DNA of 64,000 bases from Monocercomonoides exilis PA203 (GCA_001643675.2 LSRY02000030.1:1116001-1180000), one strand, 5' to 3'. Counted from the stretch's first letter, positions 49,428 through 62,950 are shown. The notes: generated by a model not told the origin, from the sequence alone. Made by a program: numbers and translations.

Positions 49428-49808
49428 TCATTTTTTGCAGTTTTTCTTTGATATCTTTGATAAATGATTTCTCAGGCTTTGCAAATTTTTGAAATTTTTC
49501 TAACGTTCCACTTTGTTACGACCATTTTAATGAAGAAATTTAAAATTTGAAAAATTTTGAATTTGTGTTTATTATTGATGTTGAGTTAAAGAATGATTTT
49601 TAAATTGGAAAATCTTTTTTTATCGAAGTTTTTGAATTTTTTGTGTTGAAGAGTCATTAAAGTGTCAACAATTTAAAATATAAAAGTTCAAAGATTGAGA
49701 ATAATGGAGACCATTGTCTTAGGAATTTTTTATTCTTAATTATGCACCAAAAATTATTCTTCATCAAAAATCTTTTGACCAATGCCAAAAATAGGGTTAT
49801 TGCACAAT

Positions 49809-50022
49809 ATATGGCTGTTCCTTTTTGAAATCATTCTTTCGTTCGTGTTTTGATCAAAAAATCTATTTCAATGGGATTGAGAAAAAAAGAACTTCAACGG
49901 TTAATGGACACATCACATGATAACATTTCTTAGAAATTGTTTTTTTAAAAAAAATCCCATTGAGACTAAAATTTTGATCAAAACTCGAACGAAAGAATGA
50001 TTTCAAAAAGGATCAGCCATAT
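49809..50022. mobile_element. 214-bp hairpin MITE with ~70-bp inverted arms (49809-49878, 49953-50022)
   Basis: atatggctgttcctttttgaaatcattctttcgttcg.../...cgaacgaaagaatgatttcaaaaaggatcagccatat. The terminal ATAT (or TA) could be the TSD. Confidence 0.75.
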
Positions 50023-51069
50023 GATGGTGAACAAAATTAAGTACAGATGATCGCATCATTATCGCAAATTGTTTCATAATGTTATTTTATTTTTCTTAAG
50101 TGGTGAAACTTTTTTTTGAATGAATCTAAATATTATTTCCCTCTCAATAATGGATTGAACAATTATTTTGACATCAATGATATTCAACAATTAAATCAAT
50201 AAACAGTTAAAAAATATAAATTTGACTAGCAAACACTCCAATATGCTTTGAATTGATTCGATTTATCTTGTACCCAATTAGAATAGAAGTTTTTTGATAA
50301 GGGAAATAAAATTTTTTGTTTTTAAGATAAAAAAAAAATATTTGTAACAGAATTCTTCCCCCACAAGTTGATTTGGGAAAAAACAAAAACTTTTAGACTA
50401 TGGTTTTCAAAATTAAGTGTTTCTTTTTGAAACCCGAGAAAAATACAATTGGTTTCATTTAAAATAGACCAGGATTCTAGAACTGGACTTGAAAGAGTGT
50501 ATTCTTCTTTCCGCAATTTCCGCGAGCAATCAAAAGGTGAAAACTTTGTACGAAACACGTTATCATCACATCTTCAATGAAGGAAAATGTTGTTCCAGAT
50601 CGTATTTTGTTCATTAGCCTATAATTGTTGCACATCGTCTCGAAAACATTTGAAGCAAAGTTGATAGTTCGAAAATCTTCATATTCTCAGAAAGCTTCCC
50701 AAAATCAATAAAATGAAAAACAATTCATATAAGCTGTGAAAATTTTAACGATTTTTGTTTATTTAATTATTTTTCATATCATTTACGTTTTTGTTTTTAT
50801 TTTTAATTTTTTTTGTTTTTTTGTTTTTTTATTTTTATTTTTATTTTATTTTATTTTTTTATTATGAATAATTGAATAATAAAAATTTGTGAAGAATTCC
50901 GATTAATTTTTTTTTCATCTCAATAAAAAGCACACTATTTCTCAAAAAAAGGCAAATAATAAGTTTATAAATTCAGCAAATTTTGGAAAGTGAGTTGAAT
51001 GCAGTATTCACTCTCTTCTTTCAAAATCAAAAAGAAAAAAATTATTATTTTTGTTTATTGAACTTATTG

Positions 51070-52554
51070 TCATGGACAAAACCCGGGAAAGGGACAAAAT
51101 TCTGGAATGTCTATTGTTAAACTCAAAAAAGAAATAGTGAGTGGATGAAATTGTTATTGAAAATAGCTGTCATTTTCCTATTTCTCTTAAATTTTTCGAT
51201 GCTATCTTTTTTTGAAAATATGAAATTTCAGAATTAATTAAAAATATTGTTAGGATCACAAAGTCATTATGTTTGCTTTTTCTTGCAACATGTTTTTCTT
51301 TTCCTTCTTCATCGGAACTTTCAAAAGTTTTCGCAACAGCAAAGTTTCTTTTAATGAAATCAAAAGTTAAAAAAATTTACATTTTTCTTTCAAGAAAAGA
51401 TATTTTTCTCAAAAAAAATTATTTTTTCTGTTATGGTCTCTCCATCTTAGCTATATCGGCATATCTCTTCATTGAAGAAGGGAAGAGATCAATAGCATAA
51501 TAAAAGGCTATATTTATTCAATATCGAGGAACAAGAAGAAACTCATAACTGTGACAAATCTCTTTTGCCTTCAACAGAAAAAATAAATATCTAAGACATT
51601 GTTTGAATTGTTTGACTTATATTCAAATATTATCTTTGAACTTTTAACACCTAATGTTATCAGTCCGAGAATGAGATGACACGAAAAAATCGAAATGAAG
51701 ATGACAACAGCGAAATAACGAAAAACAACGAAAAATTAGCCTTACAGTTTAAAAAATGAATTCATGCTTTTCAAATGGAAAAACCGAAATCGATAGACAT
51801 TGAAAGGCTCTTTGCATCCTCGACAAAGATTGCAACATGGTTTTCATATTTGTTGGTCAAAATAAAAACTAAAAAAAATCAGTTCAGATCGAATGTTGAA
51901 ATATGATGAAACTGAAATATGTAATTGAAAATCCAATGATAATTACGTCTTTACACAATCATATCAAAATAAATACCAATTTTTTATTCACAATAACACC
52001 ATCACAAGGCGACAAAAATATTTTGAGTGTTTGCTGAGGCCTCTCAATCAATAAAGTGATGCAATGGCCTTGAAAAACAGTCTTCAAAGATCAGATTTCT
52101 TTTTGGTTTCGTTATATAGAAAATTATAATCAATGGAAAATGGTAGATAATTGAAAAGATCAATGAAAAAATAATGTGGATTATCAACAATGAAAACAAA
52201 TTTCAGAAACAAATAGGGGAAAACAATAAGATTTCTGCTTAAAGTATCTATCCTTTTCATTCAATTTTGTTTTGCAATTAATAGCAAGAATTTTTTCAAC
52301 AGTTTGTTCAATGATTTTCACAGTGTCTCACGTCAGCCAATATTTTTGTTCAATCAGGATTTTGAATGTTCATTAGTTGCCACAATTAAGAAAAACTTAT
52401 TAAAAAAACATTGGTTGAGCGTTTGTTTTCAAATAAATATTTTATTTTTGTCAATTCTTTTTTATGATATCAAAAAGTTAAATTAATTAATAAAAAACAA
52501 CTCAATTAATAATGCATTCCCGGGCTTTGTCCCTTTCCCTGGTCTTGTCCATGA
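51070..52554 (+). mobile_element. Decayed, internally deleted hAT-like DNA transposon with ~40-bp TIRs
   Basis: TIRs tcatggacaaaacccgggaaagggacaaaattctggaatg / cattcccgggctttgtccctttccctggtcttgtccatga. An internal stop-broken frame at 51781 reads KPKSIDIERLFASSTKIAT, like the hAT dimerisation motif P-x-S-x-x-x-ERLFS. TSD not recognisable. Confidence 0.65.
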
Positions 52555-53800
52555 TGATGTTTGTTATTTTGCACAAAGTTTAATTTCAATTTCACTGAAA
52601 ATTTTTACACTTTAAAATTGTAGAAAATTACGACACAAACATATCAAAAAGTATTTTTGAAAAAAGCAAAAAATTGAATATCATTTGTATTTTGTTTATG
52701 ATACAAATACTATCTGAAGATTATTTCGATACCATTTTAAATTTTTTTTTGACTTTTCATGAAAGTATTTCTTCTTTTAATATATTTTTTTGTTCATTTG
52801 CGTTTGATAAAAATTAAGTGAAATATTATAATTGTTTTGAATTGATTCAAATCATTGCAGTGTATCAGATAAATATTGAGCAACAATAAATGAATTGCAG
52901 CCATCATGCGAAATTTGTCCTATTAAAAGCTTTTCCCCTTTCGATTTGTTTTTTTAAAAAAATAATCATATAAAGAGTTTATTCTCAAAATTGATATTTA
53001 TAATAATATTTTCAAAGAAATTGTGACATACAAGGCTATATTTTTGCACTTATGAAATATTCAACGATTTGAGCCAAACATTTTCTCAATCATATCTTTG
53101 AGAAGTCTTTCATTCCCATTCATAATAATAATAAAAAAATCGAAAAAAAATACAATAAATAATGTGGTGGAACAAAATTCATAATGCAAAAAATTTTGTC
53201 CCATTAAAATTTATTTCACAATTTTTTGAAATTATTTATGAAAGGAATTGATATTTTAAATGAAATCCCGATACTTCTCGAACATCATTGTTTTTTTTGA
53301 CGCAAGAATCAAATTCGGTATTTTGAATCGTAAGCAATTCAAGTCACTTCTCTGAAGTTATTTTAAGAGATGAAAATTTTCGTTCCAAACAAAGAAAAAG
53401 AATTATTAAGCCATCACTGGATAACGTTATTGAATAAAGAAGATCTTTTCAAAACAAGTTTTCTCATGTAAGTGAAGATAAATATTCACACACTTTTGAA
53501 TAATGCTTCAGATTTCAAAAAAAAAAGAAAACTTTCAATATGATCGAATACTTTTTCTTCTTGTTGAGGATGTTCAACCCCAACAATAATAAATCCAAAA
53601 TACTGTTTGTGAACAACATAAATAATAAATTCATAATCTCTGAACGAAACTGCCAAATTCTCTCCCTTTCAAAATCCTGTTGTTTTGATTTCATATGTTT
53701 TATGATTTTCAATTTGAATTATTGGATTTGTGTTTGCTCAATTCATCTCTTTTTTTAACCCTGTGCATTTGAATTTGAAAAAAATTGGCCCATCTTAATA

Positions 53801-56800
53801 TCAATATGAAATCCATGTCACACTGGTGTCTTCAACAGCACTCCCAGGCTCATCATCTCCTTCATAGTCGATGGCATCTGACACGGTCATGATGACTGCA
53901 TCTTTCGGAAAATGTTTGAAAAACTCTCTTTTCAGCCAGACAAGCGAAGGCCTGTTTGATGCCTCCACCCCAACACACTGCTTCAACACTTCTGTAAAAC
54001 TGCTTCCACTTATTGCTGCGATATCAGGTCTCTCCCCATTCACAATCTTCTGCCCTGCCACATCTGCCTCATAATCTCCAAATGGAATTTGAAGGGTCAG
54101 GCACTCCCACAGCATCATCCCAATCGAGAATGCCACAGATTCCTTTGTTGCCCCCATCTTCTTGTTGATCAGCAGCTCTGGTGCCATCCACCTCAGGCAC
54201 TCTTTTCTGTTGTATTCATCATCTTCAAAGGCAGACGAGGGCAGAGAATCATCATCATTGTCACTGGCAGATGTCACAACAGTTGATGAAGAGATGGATG
54301 ATGTGTCTGAACTATCATCAGATGAGAAGTCAGAGCGCATCACGATGCAGATCACCATGTGCTCAGAAAATAGTACTATATGAGGGCTCAGAGTGGAAAG
54401 AGAAGATAATCCATTTTCCATCTCATCAAACGAGTGGAGTGCCAGATTGGCCACCCAGAACAGGATCTGTGCAGCTGTTTGCTCCCTCTCCTGCAAAGTG
54501 CCAATTGCCATCTCCTTTGTTTTATTCTTTCCATGAAGCAACATGAACAGCGAATCCCTCAAATCCACAATCAGCTTCTCATGAGGAGACGAACAGGGTA
54601 TTGCATCCACCAGATTAGACATGGACGATGTGGTTGGGCACAGATCTTCTCTTCGAACAAACGTTGAGTCTGAATCAGTTGTTGAAGTGGATGAGATGGA
54701 TGGTGATGGTGTTCTCTTTCTTGTTTCCTCTTCTTCTTTCTCATCCACTTTCTCCAGCATCCATTGAGGAATCTTGTCTGAATCTCTCCCCAAAATGTAT
54801 TCAGTACAGCTACACTCACTCAACAAATACTCAGATGACTCTGAATGTCCCAAGCTTTTCTCATACACCCTCTTTTTTATCATCTCTTCATTTTTCTTCT
54901 CTGCCTCCCTCTCTGCTCTCCTCCACTGCTCCTCTGGAGATATCTCCATCGTCACCATCTCAAATGCCTTTGGATCCTTCCTCACTGTGTCATTTACAAT
55001 CTCTCTCAAATCTTTCGCTTCATTCTTTGCCTTTCTCCACCGAACGGCTATAACAACAGCAACAATCAGAACAATCAAAAACAAAACAACAAATATCAGA
55101 CAAAAAACAGCCCATGATGATTTCCCTTCTTTCCCTCCTTCAACAATCCTTTCATCTCCTTTTCCAACACTTTCACTCCTGTTCTTCAGTATATATGGCT
55201 CTGTTGATGAAGGAGAATCTGCTTTCCCAAACACAATCCACACACTCACTACTGTCTCTTCTCTCACTTTCTCCAGTTCTGAACATGTAATAAATGTGTG
55301 AATCTCATTCTCTGACACAAACCCTTCTTCTTCAATCTCCTTTCTCACTATCTCCTCTTCATCCCCATTTTTCATGCTCATCTTCACTGACAAATCACAT
55401 GGCAGTAACAACTTTCCCACAATCATCAACTCCACATCCCCATTTGGCTGAGAAATATTCTTCACCTCTTCCAAAACAGGGATGAAAAATGATGATCCTC
55501 TTTCAGCTGCTATCCCTCCCAATTCGCATCCTTCATCCAATATCCACAACGATGTGTTTGGCAACAAACCATCTCCCCCTTTCACACTCACAACATTCAA
55601 TTCCCCATTCCCTTCACAAATCACATTCCTTCGAGCTGATGGATATCCCTCAATCGATGGGTTGTTGTTCTCAAACATTCCATTTTCAATCTTCACACTC
55701 CCTCCACTCACCCACAATCCACCTCCCTTGCTATTTCTGATTGTTGTTTCCCTCATCTCCACATTGCTCTTCTCAACATCAACCAATGACCCATTCCATT
55801 TACATAATCCCTCTTTTCTATTGTTTTCTTCATTGACAATTTCATCTTCTTTTTCTCCATCAAACACACATATCTCAACCCTCACATCCTTGGAATTTTT
55901 GATCTGCATCATGCTTCCCTTATCAACCGAATTCACACACTTTCCGAATGAGCTGTTCAGCACACTCACATCTTGCTCAGCATCATCCATCCCAATCACA
56001 CACCCCTCCAACAGCAATGTCACATTCTCAACTCCCATCTCTTTCATCTCCACTTTCGCTTTCCCTCCAACACTCACAACATCCCCCTCGCAATTGATAT
56101 TCGATATTCTTGTTTCAACAATTGTCACATTCGATTCTTCATGGAATGAAAGCACCGACATTGTTGAACGAATATCTCTGAATGCCGAATCAAATATCTT
56201 CAGCTCTCCACTTTCCACACTCACAATCGAACTGTTCAATTTCATGAACTCAACTGTTCTTGAAAAAGAGAAGAATTTGCATTCTTGTATTTTCGTCATT
56301 CCATTCTTCACTTTCATGAGATACCTGTGAGCTGACTCAAATCCATCTTCAAGCTGGAATGAGCACCTCTCCACTGAACATTCATTCACAAACTCCATCA
56401 CACAATCCTTCTCACCTGATTTCTCAATCTTGCAGTTCAACCGAACAATCCCCTGTGTCTTTTTCAATGAATTCACAACCAGATCTCCAATCACACACTC
56501 CTTCCTCACAAACCCTTCTCCATCAATCAGAATCGCATTCATCACCCCTTCCTCGATGTGCTCAACCCCACAGTCGATGCTCACACACGGATTGCTCTGT
56601 GCACCACATCCCCTCCCATCACTCCCTCTCCCACTCACAAACACCTGTGCCGAATAATAGAATGTGATCAGCGAATTCAGATCAACATCTCTCTCGCTCC
56701 AAACATCCCTCCCACAGATGGAGTTGTTTGAGTTCAATGACTCCTGGATGTAGTTCAGTGTGAACAGTGTTTCGTTGATCTGTCGAGCAAACGAGTAACA

Positions 56801-57304
56801 CTTGATGAATATGTCTTTCCCTGCAAATGCCTCGTTCAGCCTGAACAAGATATTCACAATCTTGAAATTCAGAGATGGAATCTGACTTTCATCACCATAA
56901 TTCGCATGTGGGTCAGATCCATCAATAAACAGCCCTCCTCCACACCCTGTCTCACTCGAGCACTTGCATATCGAAAACGTGCTCCCATTCACTTTCAACA
57001 CCGACTCCCCACTCTTCAGCACCACTCTCATTCCTCCACCTTCATCACTCAAACCACTCTTGCAACTCGACATCGAACACTCATCCACCACACACTCCAC
57101 TCCATCCTCAAATGACCCCACATCAACAACACTCGCTCCAATCCTTTCATTCGTGATGTTCGCAAATGAACACCCAACAACCCTCAGAACAGGTCTGTTC
57201 CCATTTAAAAATACCTTCTTTTCCCTATTCATCTGACTTTCCTCTTCCATCATCGATATCAGACTTCTCTCTGTCACATCAGCAAATGAAACGTTCACAT
57301 TCTG
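53801..57304 (-). pseudogene. 5'-truncated paralog of the 6358-15495 receptor pseudokinase (last modules, TM, kinase-like lobe); ORF intact over 3.5 kb
   Basis: Colinear with 11990-15495 and has the same C-terminus (SVTWISY). Similarity stops abruptly at ttcagaatgtg (57304); no signal peptide or ATG at the junction. Confidence 0.75.
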
Positions 57305-59861
57305 AAAAGTTCCATTAGTTGAAATTGTACTGATAATGTTACAATAAAACAGTTTGCTTCGCTGTTTTCAAATAGAAGAAACTCAATAATATATTTTTTT
57401 TGTCCATTTTAAATGAAGAAATAAGTTTTGTTTGGCTGAAAAGTTTCAGAATCACCTGATATTGCAAATTTTTTCAATAAAAATTTCTGATTTGGAGTTG
57501 AAAGACAGAAGAGATTGAATAATGCTTCTGCTTTAATTTGGTATCAAAGTGGGATAGTTCAGCATAGCATTGTTTATGTTTTCCCTTTGAAAGATGAGAC
57601 ATCCACAGAAATACTTTCAACATCACAAGTTTAACAACAAAATCATCTTTTTCATTTTGAAACACAAGAATTCTGCAATATGATAAAAATGAGCCATTTT
57701 TGCTTTGTCATTGAAATCATAATTTTTTTTTAGAGAAAAAATTTTTTCTCTGTTAAGCTTTATATACATGAAATTTCTTTCTTTTCGCCTTTGTCTTTGT
57801 GCAAAGCAGCATGTTCAATGTGACTCTCAATCATTCAACTCAACACATCATTTTAATAACTTTTCATTCATCATCGATATTGAAATCTGAACATGCCATT
57901 CTTCTTTTAATTATTCTCCTTTTTTCATAACATTTTAATTTTTTTAACATTCGAATCATTTATTCCTTCAATTTGAACAATGCAACATTCACTTCCGATT
58001 AATGTTTTATTGTGAAAGAAATACTGATTTTCATTCATTTGACACAACATTGTCACAAGCCGCGCCATCAGAGAAAGATTTTTCATATCGTCTTTCACTT
58101 TTTTCGCTTCTTTCACATTTGCTCCCAATTACAGTTTTTTGACAATTTCTTTTAGCTTCGTCTTCTTTTTTTTTATATTCGGAATGAGCAAAAATTGAGT
58201 GAATCTGCACAAAGTCCATTCCTTTTGAGCATTGCTCTAAAAGACATCGCTTTTGGAGATTATTTTTTGGAAAACGTTTCTGACATTCACATCAACACAG
58301 ATGAATGAAACAAGGAGAAGATGACAAAAGAATAAAATAGTTACGCAGAGAAGACAAGAAAGTCAGTCCAACCGAAAAGAGAGACAAGTCACTTTCACAG
58401 AAATGGATTTGGCACTTTCTTTTCAATGAGTGTATTTTTGGAGAATTATTATCATGTTCTGACAGAACAACTATTTTATTCACAATTCAATTTGTGGGAT
58501 GCTTGAAGCAGAAGGCGTTCATTGAATATCACATGGTGTTTATATATTCAAAATCTTCATCTTCATCTTCTTCGGCAATTCAATAAACTCTCCCACTCAC
58601 TGATTTATTCTTCAACATTTCATCCTTCTGTCAATTCTGCTGCTGATTTCTTTTTCAATGTTTCTCTCTCTTGAAGCTCATCTCTTTCGTCCAAAATCAT
58701 CTTTGTTCATCTTTTTCATTACCATTTTACAAAAACACGTTTTGTTTCAAATTCTTCACAGCAAACTGTCAACAAACATTAGATACTCCACAACTGATAT
58801 TTCTTCGTTCTTCTTGTTCTTTTATTATCATCATCAAGGAAATCATGAGAGTTTCACACAGAATTTCTTCTTCTTCTTCTTCACCTTCTTTTTCTGCATT
58901 TTGAATGTTTATAAAAACAGAAATATTGGAGAACTAATGGGAAAAGGCAAACGAAGACTTTTTCTTTGAATGCATCAACTATTTGCATCAATGTTATGGA
59001 TTCATTCGCAACGTTTTTTCAATTCATTTTCATCAACCCAAAAGAAAAGTTTAATATATGAAGGAATGCGTTGCATTTGTATTGGTATTGAGAAAAAAGC
59101 AGGTTTGAAAGAATGGATTTTTGGATTATTTCATGAGTCATTAGTGATGCATGGGAAATTACAGAAAGAAAAAGGAAGAAAAAGAGAAAGAAATGAAATT
59201 TGACTGAGATATTGAAGAATTGCATTTTGAGGTGATATGAATGTAACGAGTGTCCTTATTCAAGAAGAGGAGATAAAAGGAATGAAGAGAAAAGCAAAGG
59301 GGTACAATGGGGAAGAAAAGAATAAAGAGATATGAAAAACTGCACAAAAAATGAGAAGAATGAGAAGATCAATTAATCATGAATAACTTCATCAGTCATT
59401 CCCATTCCGAATTGGAGCATTGGATTGGCTTCTTTTTTAGCCATTCTTGCTGCTAATTTAGGTTCTCTGAAGTTGGTATCTGCATTCTTCAACAATCATT
59501 TCTTTATTGATACTCTTGTTTTCTTCTCAAGAATTTTCATTTCATTTCTTCTTCTTCTCGAATTCATCGAGAATGCGATGAGAAAGAGAAAAATCAGAGT
59601 AATCCGAAAATTTCAAGAGGAAATAACTGAACAATTGAATTTTCATGAAAAAATGAATCTATTTGAAGAAGATTGAAGACTGATATTCAATGACCATTAT
59701 TGATGGGGAAAAAAAAAATGGATTTTGTGAATATTTATTATTTGAAAAAGGCGATAAAACATTTATAAAAATTCTTCAATCTTTTTTTTTTGTAATTTTG
59801 TGAAATGATGAAAATTGAAAATATTGTTTTTGAGTCACAGAACAAAATGAAACGAATTTGG

Positions 59862-61320
59862 CTAAACGTTATCAAAATAATCCGAAATATTCAACGATAA
59901 TGCATCATGATATTTTTCGTTAAGAAAATCAAATATATTATAAAAGCTGGTGATGGCATCTTCATATCCTTCTTCTTCCATCTTTTCAAGCACTTTCCTT
60001 TTCATCTCTTTTCTTTTCTCTTCTTCCGTTTCATCGTCTGAGTTTCCTTTCAACCTTTCTGAAATCTTCAAAAAGAATTTCAAACAAATACATACAGTGA
60101 AGTTTTCATTTGTTGTTTGCTGAATCTCCTTCAAAATAGAATCAATAGCCCCACTCTCCAACAAATCATCAATTTCAACTGCTCTGTTTCTCACTGCATT
60201 TCCCAATGAACAAACGCATTCTTTACCAATTTCTCTGTAATTATCCTTTGCTGCTCGATACACTTGCACAATGCTTTCAATAATCACAAAAAATTTTTCA
60301 TTTTGCAATCGACAGTAGAAAAGGAAAGTCCCCAACGTTCGGAGCCATCTCATCAATACGAATTCTTCTTTCGCTTCTTTTCCTTTTTCCTCTCCCTTTT
60401 TTCTCTCCCAATCAATATTTCTTGTCAGCTCTTCCAATTCTATTGTTGCCTCTCTCGCAAAATGAAGTTCATTCAAAATCTCTCCCTTCAAGCTTCTGTC
60501 GAACCATTGATGGTTTATAAGGAATTCCCAAGCAGATTGAAAAGATAATCGAGTAAGATTGTGTTGTTTCTGATGATATTTGATGATTTCTTTGATTTCG
60601 TTCAGGAAAAGTTTATAATCCATTTTCTATTCAAAAAAGAAGAAGAAGATAATAAAACACTATCTATAATGAAAAAGAAATGCTAACACCAAATAAGCCA
60701 AAGTTGCTAATCGCTAACAAAGCCATTTCCACTTCTTTTTGTGCTTTCTCGTCTTCCTCCTTGTTCGATGCAACTTTCAGAAGATTTGGAATACAAATTG
60801 ATATTAACTCCGTCTGGAATTTTGAACACAGTGAAATATAACATTCGCAAAGATCAATCAAAAGTTTTTCGTTCATTTCCCCTTTTTTCTTTTGATCTTC
60901 TTCAATTATCATCTGTCCGAATCTTTTATTCAGCGAAGATGTTTCAAAGCCGTCGATCCAAATTCTTTTTAGCACTTTGCAATATCCAATGTGCTTCAAT
61001 AACTCAAATGCAACTCCCATTGATATTTTCTTTTCTTCAATCATTTTACCAGTTTTATTGAACATTATAACCGTGAAAACTGATTTGAATTCTTCTTCAC
61101 ACATATGATTTATTAGTCCATTCATTTCTTCAATTTTATGTTTGCGCCCGGAGTCAGTGCTATCCTCCAATTTATGTATCAATTCTGAAAAAAAAATGTT
61201 GAAAGAAATCAAATTTTCAACAATTCAAATGCAACATTGAAACAAACCACTGAGTTTTTTTGTTACACTCCTCGTCTGCTTTTCGAAAAATATTGCATTC
61301 AGAAAATAATATATTTTCAT
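59862..61320 (-). CDS. Lineage-expanded acidic helical hypothetical protein, copy 2; introns 61185-61247 and 60627-60687
   Basis: Exons splice in frame (MKIYYF...KKLS-E|LIHKLED; GLFG|KMDYKLFLNEIK). Paralog of 1564-2900 with the same intron position. Confidence 0.8.
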
Positions 61321-61749
61321 ATTGGCATTGAATTCGCATATGTTTGTATAGATGAAATTGGAGAATAATTAAATTTCAAAATTGTCATAAAAATATGAGC
61401 GTTCACACTGTCATTCTATTCATTTGCATTTTTTGTTGGTTATTAAAAGATTAAAAAGGTTTTGCCAATTTGCTTTATTTGTTATGGATTCTTTGATCAA
61501 AAAGTTATCTTCGAAATGAAATATTTATTCATGGATCGAGAATGAGAGTGAACATTTTCTATTGAATTTGAAATATTATTTCATATGAAAAGAGCTGGAA
61601 ATGGTGAGATGCAATAATTAGGAATTCTGTCTGATAATTTTTGAAAATTTGATGAGATAGAAAATATATCATGTTATTTTTTGAATAATGGCATCTGTAT
61701 GAGGGCACTTTATATTGTTCAATTGGTGGCGAAGATATTTCCATCTGTA

Positions 61750-62950
61750 ATCACTCCAAAGCCCTGGAATATGACAGATTATTTAAATGGGAACTCATCG
61801 CTTTGGGATGGGAAATGTTGAAAAGAGGGTGCAATTCATTGTATTTCCGATTGCAGATGGGATGGTGAAGAAAGCGATTGGAAAATGGATGATGGGCGGA
61901 TGTGTGGTAGAAGCGCCAGCTTCTTCGTAACAATCATGCTTCATCTGTTGCCATGTGCGGCAAAAAGGAAATGTTGAACAAGCATCACTCAGAGGATGGA
62001 GGCTCTGCCTCCTCAGGGAGTGGTCATTGCAGCATCTGTGTGGGCTCTTCCGAGACTGGCTGAGGAATGAGACGTTGGCTGAATCTTAAAAAATTCTAAT
62101 TACTGGTTTGGACAAATGCTTCAGAATTATAGCATCTTGGATGAGGGCGGATGTGTGCGATGTGAACACACACACGTGAAATAAACGAATGCATTTGAGA
62201 GATCAGAAGGGAGATGTTTTTGAGATGATAGCGATGTGTGTGGATGTAAAGAGTTTTGTGGGAACAGTTGGGAGAATTGGATGAATGGAAAGATATGAGT
62301 CGAGAGAGGGAGTTCGAAGGAACTATTTTCGTAATCGTTGACTGCTTTCTCGAAAGCGCGATGAAGGCTTTGCCATTTGGTTGCTTGCTGATCATTTCAC
62401 ACTCAGCTGACTGCGCCATGCCAACAACGGTCCAATTAGCAGGAGCAAACAGACCACACTTCTCCCACTTTCGGATACTGAATGCCTTCAACATTTGGAA
62501 CATCAAGGACTTTGCGAATACCCATCATCGACACACACACTGATTTCGATAAAGTGCTTCAGCGAGACAAGCGAACAGCTTTGCTATTTCATGCTCTTAA
62601 GCAAGCTAGCATTTCGAAAGCTGAAACGAGAATAGAAAATGCAGTTGAACCACAGCTTGTTTTTGTGGACCAGGAAAAGAAATGTTTGTTTCATTCGCTC
62701 TTTTTCTTCTTGCCTGAACGACCATTGACCTCACCTTGTTTGCATTTATTGTTCTTGATCCAAGAGATGAAATTCCATTCATATGAATTTGCTTTTTTTC
62801 TTTCAAGTTGTTTTCTTCTTCGATGCATTCTTCAATGGAAAATAAAGTTTCGCAATTTTTTTCCAAGCAAATCCATCAGATCCAAAGGCAAGCCTTATTC
62901 TCTTTTTAAGATTTTGATTACCAAAACGAATATTATTTGTTTGTGAATAT
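61750..62950 (+). mobile_element. Probable decayed DIRS-like (tyrosine-recombinase retrotransposon) remnant: methyltransferase-like then recombinase-like segments
   Basis: Frameshifted fragments FIVFPIADGMVKKAIGKW...VVEAPASS*QSC (cf. DIRS MT FPP..li.k.l.K...APxWxxQxW), FNIWNIKDF / LQRDKRTALLF, and LRCIL...KPYSLFKILITK (cf. recombinase [HY]SxR box). By eye only. Confidence 0.4.
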
